Virus record (IMG/VR): IMGVR_UViG_3300032295_000269
Span: 1-27,621 of that record
DNA from: a virus
Taxonomy: Duplodnaviria; Caudoviricetes
Direction: 5' to 3' (one strand)
Length of the DNA stretch: 27,621 nt
Of this stretch, positions 9,820-16,325 are shown piece after piece. Position numbers and translations under genes: made by a program. The notes below the pieces were generated by a model. It was not told the origin of the DNA, did no database searches, and saw only the letters and a program-made list of their open reading frames with translations. The stretch's first letter is position 1. Every line of letters starts with the position of its first letter.

Positions 9820-10130
9820 GTGACCACGTGCTGCTGAGGAGCACCATCAAGGCCAGTAACCTCAGTCCTAGCCAGCTTAGGAATATGGTACTCGCTCATC
9901 TTGAGCATAATATCCAGTGCCTTATGCGGATCAGCCTTAATTCCTAGTACCTCATCGCCCTCAGCTACCCTCTGAAGCCATCGCTCCATAAAAGGAACAT
10001 TGCGCTCCAATAGAGTAGCTATAGCGTTTCTTACTACTAACGTTGACTTATTAGGCGTACCTTTAGGTCTGCCCGGCCCTGCTAGTCCATCTCCGATTTT
10101 AAGAGTTTCTTTATCGCTATTTGTTTCCAT
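9807..10130 (-). CDS. terS: Terminase small subunit (putative), 107 aa
   Basis: GRPKGTPNK motif and PKLARTEVTG.DG C-terminus; overlaps the TerL start. Confidence 0.75.
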   Translation of the reverse strand: METNSDKETLKIGDGLAGPGRPKGTPNKSTLVVRNAIATLLERNVPFMERWLQRVAEGDEVLGIKADPHKALDIMLKMSEYHIPKLARTEVTGLDGAPQQHVVTWQK

Positions 10131-10169
10131 AATTGCATTATCCTTTGGATGTCATGCTGTCTAAACTTG

Positions 10170-10197
10170 TTGCGTCAAATTAATATTTACGTATAAT
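10170..10197 (+). promoter_or_regulatory. Sigma70-like promoter of the convergent mini-gene
   Basis: TTGCGT-16 nt-TATAAT, followed by GGAGG and an ATG at 10219. Confidence 0.65.
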
Positions 10198-10218
10198 GAT
10201 AGTTCACTTGGAGGAAAT

Positions 10219-10374
10219 ATGAAAATCACTATCGAAATAGAAAATAATGTAATGAATGTTAACTATGACTCTGAGTCTCTTGATCTACCAGAAGATGATT
10301 TTATTGCATTACTGGAAGATTCTATTCTTTTGCTTAAATCTCAGTTACTGTCTAGTCAATACTCAGTCGAGTAA
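10219..10374 (+). CDS. Small acidic protein, 51 aa (not in the ORF track)
   Basis: GGAGG SD and its own promoter. Translates MKITIEIENNVMNVNYDSESLDLPEDDFIALLEDSILLLKSQLLSSQYSVE; the 3' end overlaps the convergent gene by 12 nt. Confidence 0.75.
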   Translation: MKITIEIENNVMNVNYDSESLDLPEDDFIALLEDSILLLKSQLLSSQYSVE

Positions 10375-11802
10375 TCCTTTAGCTTTTTGGTCTTTAAGAT
10401 AGTTGTAATAGCTTTCTATTACCCTGTCATCAATAATCTCAGAGACTCCTTCTTTGCGCTTTTCTAAAGCACCTAATGTCATTGTGCGTAAATCAGCATT
10501 TCTGCCACTTAACTCTTTTGCAATCTTTTCAAAAGTCTTTGGCATTAGAACTTCAACTGGGACATTTGTGCCGAGAGTTCCCTGATAAATTCCAGAAAAA
10601 TCTGTATCGTAAGTGGGATTAGCTGATTTTGTTAGCTTCATACCGCCACTTGGAGACATGATTACTGTATTCCCTATGTATCCCTTTGGAACCCCTAACA
10701 ATGACTCATCAGTAATTGCGCCAACAACATCCTCTGCATTAAAGCCAAATAACTGTTGATTGTTTTGACCAGCTTTTTTTAAATAAAACCTATTAGTTAC
10801 TGCTTTTCTTAGCTCACCACCATCCGGGGCATAAAGCTGCGCTCGACCCTCCTCAGTCATAATTCCCTTAAAGTCTTTAAACGGCTGGGTTACTACTCTT
10901 TTATCTCCAACCATCTTGGGAACTTTAAAATCTTTTACGCTTTGGTCAAACGCTTTGATATTTGCTTTAGATAATTTCCCAGAATCGGCAATTCCAAGCA
11001 AAAGACTAACTGGCTGAACTGAGAAATTTTCACCAAACTCACCCATTGTTGATGGCATATGAATTACATTTCATGAACCACCAGCCAATAAGTTTTCTGC
11101 TCTCGCAACTTCATCTCTACCAGCTATTCGACTAGCAATACCAAAATTTGACGCACCTGCAATTTCGTCTGCCATATGACCAAGGTCTCTAGCGTAATCT
11201 TGGCCTCCATGAGTAATATATTGCCGTGGCAAAAGAATATCTGAAACGCTCTTTATTCTAAAATTTCTGCTTGAGCTATCCCAAGGCATAATCATAAGAC
11301 TAGCGTCTTTATAATCCTCAATCTTTACTGGTTTTTTCTCAGCCAATCCACCAATATATTCTTTCTCAAATCTTGTACCGACAGATGGGTCTGGTTTTTT
11401 TGGTGTTGTTGGCCTGTACGCATACATCTGCAAACCAGTTTTTGTCGCATAATCATCAAGCAAACCACCTACTTGAGGAGCAATATATTTACCGCCAGCA
11501 ACAGCACCACGAGCCGCAAGTCTTGCAGCACCGGGGGCCACTGGCAAAAGAGCACCCACTGTTTCTTTAGCTTCTGGACGTAATTGGGTAGCCATACCAG
11601 CACCACGGGTGTTTGGCATCCCGTAAGCAGTGTTTTCTAGTGTCTTTACAAAGGCAGGAACACCAAGCAAGTTAGTCAATGCTCGTACAGGATCGTTCTC
11701 GTACCCAAATGGTTTACTAACAGCCTCGTTGATACCACTAAGCAAACCAGCGCCATAATAAGCTGGATAATTTGAAATTGGCGTTGATCTTACGTCAGCC
11801 AT
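10363..11802 (-). CDS. GLL-motif protein of ~479 codons interrupted by one in-frame TGA at 11071-11073 (243-aa and 231-aa track ORFs)
   Basis: GGT GGT TCA TGA AAT GTA ATT CAT ATG: both ORFs share one frame, and the second ATG has no SD. Readthrough, nonsense allele and sequencing error cannot be distinguished here. Confidence 0.65.
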
Positions 11803-12502
11803 AATACACCTCGTACATATCCGGCCTGTTAGCCTTTATCCACTCTCGTGGCTCCTCATGGCATTTCTTGAAGTCTGTGCCTACTGTCTGGCTTCCTGCG
11901 TGATGCACATAAGCCCGGCTGACGAAATGCCTATAACCCGCTTCTAGCAGGTCATGACATATTATATTATCGGAATACCAATTAGTGCTAGGAAACTTAG
12001 CCGTATCCCATGCCTTCCTGCTTATGCTGGCAAAGATAGGGGCGATTACTCCCGTCTCCTTAATCTGTGCCTCACTTGCCCATCTTAGTCCCTCTTGTTT
12101 ATCATCGTAAACAGGGAACCTAATGTTCTGGTCTGGCAATACGTAATCCGATCTTGCTCCCAAAATTCCGAGATTTATGCCCGTTGATTCCAGAATTTCC
12201 GCATCTGCCGCCAGTAACCTCATAGTGTCTGGGTTCAGCACCACATCGTCATTACTGAGGATTACTGAGTCGTACTTGCCATGCTCAAAAGCGTAGTTTG
12301 TAGCTACATTGTAAGCATCGCCGAAATTATCAGCCTGATTCGGCCTCCACACCAGATTAGGCAGGATTGACTTGGCTCTATGCCAAAGCTCCAGACTATT
12401 CCCAGATAGGTATACAGGGATCGAGGGCGCATATACCCTGATTGACTCCAGCAATACCGTAATGCCGGGGTTCTTAACCGTACAGATGACTATTGCTTGC
12501 AC
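11795..12502 (-). CDS. Glycosyltransferase family 2-like, 235 aa
   Basis: NFGDAYN, LSNDDVVL (DxD-like), WYSD and VHHAGSQT motifs. Confidence 0.8.
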   Translation of the reverse strand: MQAIVICTVKNPGITVLLESIRVYAPSIPVYLSGNSLELWHRAKSILPNLVWRPNQADNFGDAYNVATNYAFEHGKYDSVILSNDDVVLNPDTMRLLAADAEILESTGINLGILGARSDYVLPDQNIRFPVYDDKQEGLRWASEAQIKETGVIAPIFASISRKAWDTAKFPSTNWYSDNIICHDLLEAGYRHFVSRAYVHHAGSQTVGTDFKKCHEEPREWIKANRPDMYEVYYG

Positions 12503-13020
12503 AATGTTACCTTCATGGAATCTACCGCCCTCGGTGTTCTCAGAATTTCCTGATCGGGAACTCCAGCCTCAGACATCTCTGTGCCCAGTTCTGTCAACTT
12601 AAACTGAATCTCTGTCAACTTAAAGCCCTTGTCCCAGCCCAGATACCAGCACCAGTCAGTGTAGTACAGCCAGCTATTCTCGTTAAATGCCCGTACATGA
12701 GTAGGATCTTGCCATGCGCCCAGACTTAACTCATACGGAACAGAAATAACAAATTTCCCGTTCGGGATTAATAAGTCCCGGCAGTTCCTCATTGCGCTAA
12801 TTAAGTCCGGTATATGCTCTAAAACGTCATTTGCGACGATTTCTTCAAACATCTCAGGCTTAATCTTGATCTGTCCGAATCGGGTTTCTATTAGCTCACC
12901 CCATTGAACCTTTGAAATGTCGCATACCCAGTCAGGATTTACCCTTGCCTGAATGTCTGAGTTTAGACAGTCTTCTCTCCAGTCCTTGCCGGAGCCTAAA
13001 TTAAGGGTTAAGGGCTGCAA
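12490..13020 (-). CDS. Class I SAM-dependent methyltransferase (Methyltransf_11-like), 176 aa
   Basis: LNLGSG motif I, DVLEHI, L.PNGKF.ISVP and DPTHVR. Confidence 0.85.
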   Translation of the reverse strand: MQPLTLNLGSGKDWREDCLNSDIQARVNPDWVCDISKVQWGELIETRFGQIKIKPEMFEEIVANDVLEHIPDLISAMRNCRDLLIPNGKFVISVPYELSLGAWQDPTHVRAFNENSWLYYTDWCWYLGWDKGFKLTEIQFKLTELGTEMSEAGVPDQEILRTPRAVDSMKVTLCKQ

Positions 13021-13510
13021 TTAGATCCTCTACGTTATCAGAGCACAATAATGGGATTAGTTCTTTGATTCGGCTATCAGGTAAATTCCACCACGGATTT
13101 TGCAGTAGCCTCTGTATCTGGTCTTCAGTAAACCGTAGCTTTAATACCTTGGCAGGATTGCCGCCAACAATAGCATAGGGAGGCACATCCTTAACCACCA
13201 CGGACTTAGCCGATATGACAGCGCCATCACCGATATTAACACCGGACAATATAGTAGCGCCTGATCCTATCCAGACATCGTTGCCAATGACAACATCACC
13301 CTTAGTCGCTGGATGCCCTTTGCCATGCCAAGGGAATTTGTCCTGATGAATATGCCCAAACGGATAAGTCGTTACCCAGTCGGTTCTGTGATTACCACCA
13401 AGGAATATCTCAACATTGTCAGCAATAGAGCAAAAAGCGCCGATTATCACATCAGCGCCTTCACCCCACTCCCTTATACGAATATTCTTAATCCCATAGG
13501 AATATTCCAT
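13001..13510 (-). CDS. Hexapeptide-repeat O-acetyltransferase (CatB/Vat/XAT-like), 169 aa
   Basis: IGAFCSIA, NHRTDWVTTYPF, IGNDVWIG, IGDGAVI, VKDVPPYAIVGGNPAK and WWN. Confidence 0.9.
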   Translation of the reverse strand: MEYSYGIKNIRIREWGEGADVIIGAFCSIADNVEIFLGGNHRTDWVTTYPFGHIHQDKFPWHGKGHPATKGDVVIGNDVWIGSGATILSGVNIGDGAVISAKSVVVKDVPPYAIVGGNPAKVLKLRFTEDQIQRLLQNPWWNLPDSRIKELIPLLCSDNVEDLIAALNP

Positions 13511-13809
13511 TACTTTTTCTTGTTCCGAGCAGAGATAGAAGCAGCTTTCTTCTTGGCATCGGCCTTACTGCTGGCTCCCCATGCTCGTAAAGACAGTAAC
13601 AAACGAGTAGGCTCACCATTTGGCTTCTTCTCCGGGCCGGGCATACCACCCATACGGGCTAGGAAACTGGCTCTACGTGGATTGTCTCCAGACTTAACAG
13701 GAGCCTTCAGGTCAGAACCGGGGTTCTCAGCCTCATAAGACTTGCGGCCCTTCTCGTTCAGACCGCCCTTAGCATTCTTCCCGGCCTTCTTAGTCCAAGC
13801 GGCTGTCAT
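13510..13809 (-). CDS. Basic conserved phage protein (DUF6321-like), 99 aa
   Basis: AW.KK.GKN.KGGLNEKGR and RRASFLARMGG motifs; Lys/Arg-rich. Confidence 0.75.
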   Translation of the reverse strand: MTAAWTKKAGKNAKGGLNEKGRKSYEAENPGSDLKAPVKSGDNPRRASFLARMGGMPGPEKKPNGEPTRLLLSLRAWGASSKADAKKKAASISARNKKK

Positions 13810-13988
13810 TTTTTGGCTTTGTTCTTGGCAGTGCGAGAGCCACGTACAGGCATCGCAGTTTTAGCTGCTTGCTTGAAGTCAGCCTTAGTCGGTGCGCCCT
13901 TGGTTCCCGGCTTCTTCATCTTCTCGCCTGAACCCTCGGCTATGCGCTTGCGCTTTGCATTAATATTGGCATAAAGACCTGTTTTCAT
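13806..13988 (-). CDS. Small basic protein, 60 aa
   Basis: GLYANINAKRKRI..GSGEKM motif; ATGA-coupled to both neighbours. Confidence 0.75.
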   Translation of the reverse strand: MKTGLYANINAKRKRIAEGSGEKMKKPGTKGAPTKADFKQAAKTAMPVRGSRTAKNKAKK

Positions 13989-14152
13989 TTCTTCTTACCT
14001 TTCTTTTTAGCAACACCAGCTTCGGAAAGTGCGATTGCAACTGCCTGTTTCTGAGACTTAACAACCGGGCCACCCTTGCCGCTATGCAGTTCACCCTTGC
14101 CAAACTCACGCATAACTTTCGCTACCTTCTTGGCTGCTTTGGTCTTCTTCAT
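13985..14152 (-). CDS. Small basic protein (DUF6496-like), 55 aa (not in the ORF track)
   Basis: MKKTKAAKKVAKVMREFGKGELHSGKGGPVVKSQKQAVAIALSEAGVAKKKGKKK; its TGA overlaps the next ATG. Confidence 0.8.
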   Translation of the reverse strand: MKKTKAAKKVAKVMREFGKGELHSGKGGPVVKSQKQAVAIALSEAGVAKKKGKKK

Positions 14153-14429
14153 TGAGCAATTCCCCTAGTTGTAATTGCAGTTCCTGTTCGGTAACGCCGT
14201 AGGATCTTTCAAAGGCTTTACGGCCTAAGCCGTGATAACCTGAGTTTCCTCTGTGATGCTCTGGGCAAAGCGGTAGGACGTTGTAATGCGAATTCCTTAC
14301 ACCCATTCCCAAACCCAGACCTCGGATATGGTGAATCTCTGCCGGAGTGCCGGGATAACCTGCCCTATAGCAGATTATACAGCCAATGTCTGCCACTTTT
14401 GACAAGTATTGTGCTTCTCTTTTACGCAC
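14106..14429 (-). CDS. Ref-family/HNH-type nuclease, 107 aa
   Basis: GCIIC, AEIHH, LPLCPEHH and G.HG motifs, as in P1 Ref-like zinc-binding HNH proteins. Confidence 0.8.
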   Translation of the reverse strand: MRKREAQYLSKVADIGCIICYRAGYPGTPAEIHHIRGLGLGMGVRNSHYNVLPLCPEHHRGNSGYHGLGRKAFERSYGVTEQELQLQLGELLNEEDQSSQEGSESYA

Positions 14430-14607
14430 GATTTTTACCTTCTAGCCGCTTTTGAACCAGATCTATCAAGTCTTTGATCTGGTCTGGATAGTAGTAATAC
14501 AAGTTCCCGAAAGACTGTAGCCCGATTTCTTCAATGTCCTGATCCGTTAGCTTCCGCAGCTTTATCCTTAATTCCTTGTTCCCGAATAGCGGCTTTTGCT
14601 GGGTCAT
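14422..14607 (-). CDS. Hypothetical protein, start uncertain
   Basis: 3' end overlaps the nuclease start; the 5' part overlaps the upstream ORF by 77 nt. Confidence 0.4.
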   Translation of the reverse strand: MTQQKPLFGNKELRIKLRKLTDQDIEEIGLQSFGNLYYYYPDQIKDLIDLVQKRLEGKNRA

Positions 14608-14767
14608 AGTCGGAAAAACCGTCTACATCGCCACATTCAGGACATTCTGTAAGCGAATCCCCAGAAGCCCAGCAGTGTCCTTTAGGTATCTCATCCCAAT
14701 CGTCCACAAATCCACAAGAGCGACATTGTGCCAAATTGCTATCGTCTACTACATTGTCGTTAATCAT
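14531..14767 (-). CDS. Small zinc-ribbon protein, 78 aa
   Basis: CRSC...CPEC; GAGGA SD. Confidence 0.7.
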   Translation of the reverse strand: MINDNVVDDSNLAQCRSCGFVDDWDEIPKGHCWASGDSLTECPECGDVDGFSDYDPAKAAIREQGIKDKAAEANGSGH

Positions 14768-14776
14768 ATTATCCTC

Positions 14777-15106
14777 TTATTGGGCTGCGCGATCTATACC
14801 GCGATTAGATGCTTCCTGTGAGCGCCAGACATCGATCCTAGCTTGTGCTGCTACCAACATCCACCTAAGCGTCTCAGCCTTCTCTACGGCCTCTTTAAGC
14901 CCGTCCAGCACCTCTAAATACTCTGGATGGCTGTAGGCATAGTTATCTTTATCGGCAATAGTGTTCCCCATTGCTACAGAGAACAACATTGCTTTCTTGG
15001 ATTTCCGGAATTCTTCAAGGTAAGTAACCTGAGCCTTGGCCTGTGCGTATTCAGCAGAGTGCCGGATCATGTAGTTAATTGCTTCGTGGGGATCTATTGA
15101 ATTCAT
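14777..15106 (-). CDS. Conserved helical phage protein, 109 aa
   Basis: AKAQVTYLEEFRKSKKA..AYSHPEY..IDVWRSQEAS, a common phage family pattern. Confidence 0.75.
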   Translation of the reverse strand: MNSIDPHEAINYMIRHSAEYAQAKAQVTYLEEFRKSKKAMLFSVAMGNTIADKDNYAYSHPEYLEVLDGLKEAVEKAETLRWMLVAAQARIDVWRSQEASNRGIDRAAQ

Positions 15107-15110
15107 ATTT

Positions 15111-15133
15111 ATAACCCGGGTTTCCCCGGGCTT
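15111..15133 (-). terminator. GC hairpin with GAAA tetraloop (terminator or processing site)
   Basis: Minus strand AGCCCGGG-GAAA-CCCGGGTT right after a stop codon; the U-tract is weak. Confidence 0.5.
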
Positions 15134-15137
15134 AGAG

Positions 15138-15317
15138 TTAGTGGTATTGGCGAAGTGCGCTTTCTGGGAGAGACAAACCGCCTGGATAGGTTTTCTGCGT
15201 GACAGGATTGATTTCCTTCAGCATCGCCCAACGCTCACCATCAGCGCCAATCTTGAAAGACAAGATTACGAAAACACCAGCAACGTGGCCTCTAACAATT
15301 TGGTTTACTGAAAACAT
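15138..15317 (-). CDS. Small moron-like protein, 59 aa
   Basis: GGAGG SD before the ATG at 15317 (MFSVNQIVRG); flanked by its own promoter and a hairpin. Confidence 0.7.
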   Translation of the reverse strand: MFSVNQIVRGHVAGVFVILSFKIGADGERWAMLKEINPVTQKTYPGGLSLPESALRQYH

Positions 15318-15365
15318 GGGAACCTCCAAAGAAAGTTAAGTTCTAATTTGTGTTTCGATGGAGTA

Positions 15366-15429
15366 ATCATACCATAATGTTTTGACGATGCAACATATAT
15401 ATTTCTATCGGCTAACAATTATTGATAGA
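15366..15429 (-). promoter_or_regulatory. Sigma70-like promoter with upstream inverted repeat
   Basis: TTGCAT-16 nt-TATGAT with TGn extension (15393-15366); TCTATC-N14-GATAGA at 15404-15429. Confidence 0.6.
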
Positions 15430-15431
15430 TT

Positions 15432-15857
15432 TTATTTAGCAGCGTGTTGCCATACATAGTCGATAGCTTGTGCAAATTGCTTTCTTGTCAACGATAGCTG
15501 TAAGTTATCAGTAAGCACTAGCGCGTCACCTATCTCCCGTAAATCGCTGCCAGACAAGCCCCACTTGCCGGACTTATCAAACCTAGCCTGAACCTTCAGC
15601 ATGGCATCTAGCCCTATCCGTATATCCTTGGCCTGATCTTCCTTGCCAGCAGCGTTAGCAGCCACTAACCCGATATTTAGCCTAGCGACTATCGTATGCC
15701 AGCTCTCAATGTCCCCATAGCCTTCCCGTAGCTTCATCAGCTCTGAATGGGGCGCTAGTTGCAAGGCTCTTTCTGATTCTGCGTTATGCCTGATTGTTAG
15801 TGGTAGTGTCTTAGGTACGAATTTCTTAGGTTTTCTTGGTTTCTTATTTGATGGCAT
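15432..15857 (-). CDS. Hypothetical protein, 141 aa
   Basis: Overlaps the upstream stop; basic N-terminus; in operon. Confidence 0.7.
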   Translation of the reverse strand: MPSNKKPRKPKKFVPKTLPLTIRHNAESERALQLAPHSELMKLREGYGDIESWHTIVARLNIGLVAANAAGKEDQAKDIRIGLDAMLKVQARFDKSGKWGLSGSDLREIGDALVLTDNLQLSLTRKQFAQAIDYVWQHAAK

Positions 15858-16128
15858 TTTTAATTACGCTTAACGCTTCCTCTGTGTTTCTTACGATAGC
15901 CGCCTGACCTTGCCAGTCTGCGTGCCAGATTATTTGCTGTGGTGTCAGTTTCCCGTCACCCTCTTTAATTTCCATTAAGAAATTGTATTCAGTGCCTTTA
16001 TGGGTATGACCAACCAGGATGTCAGGGCATCCCTCACCTACCTTATGCAAGTGCTGGACTGTGTAGCCTTGGCCTCGCAGTGCCTTGACTATCTCGCTTT
16101 GGTTCTTGTCTACCCGGTATGCTCTCAT
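15844..16128 (-). CDS. VRR-NUC-like PD-(D/E)xK nuclease / resolvase, ~94 aa
   Basis: RVDKNQ.EIV.ALR, GCPDILVG, MEIK and LTPQQ motifs; ATGA-coupled start. Confidence 0.8.
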   Translation of the reverse strand: MRAYRVDKNQSEIVKALRGQGYTVQHLHKVGEGCPDILVGHTHKGTEYNFLMEIKEGDGKLTPQQIIWHADWQGQAAIVRNTEEALSVIKNAIK

Positions 16129-16325
16129 TTCCACTCACCCTCTATGCCACGATTTCCTCGTGCCCATTGTTCCCTAGTGTCGCGTTCTAGCTTGTCAGCT
16201 TTCGCATCACCCCGTTTTCGTCGTACTAATTGCAGATAACTGATAGCTTTGTCGCGACTTTCTGCTCTCCATTTTAATATAGTACGAATCTCACACTGGT
16301 GCCTGTATTCCTCAGAGTTGTTCAC
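16125..16325 (-). CDS. Conserved hypothetical protein, 66 aa
   Basis: SEEYRHQCE.R...QW.RGNRG..GEW pattern; coupled to both neighbours. Confidence 0.7.
   Translation of the reverse strand: MNNSEEYRHQCEIRTILKWRAESRDKAISYLQLVRRKRGDAKADKLERDTREQWARGNRGIEGEWK

Noticed and set aside
11030-11073. Selenocysteine insertion or genome-wide TGA reassignment
   Set aside because: Only a weak 4-bp hairpin follows the TGA and the context is not a redox motif. TGA is a normal stop in the helicase, endolysin and several ATGA overlaps.
13001-13510. Antibiotic-resistance gene (cat/vat)
   Set aside because: The fold is shared with sugar O-acetyltransferases, and coupling to a methyltransferase and glycosyltransferase favours glycan tailoring. 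Resistance is unsupported.
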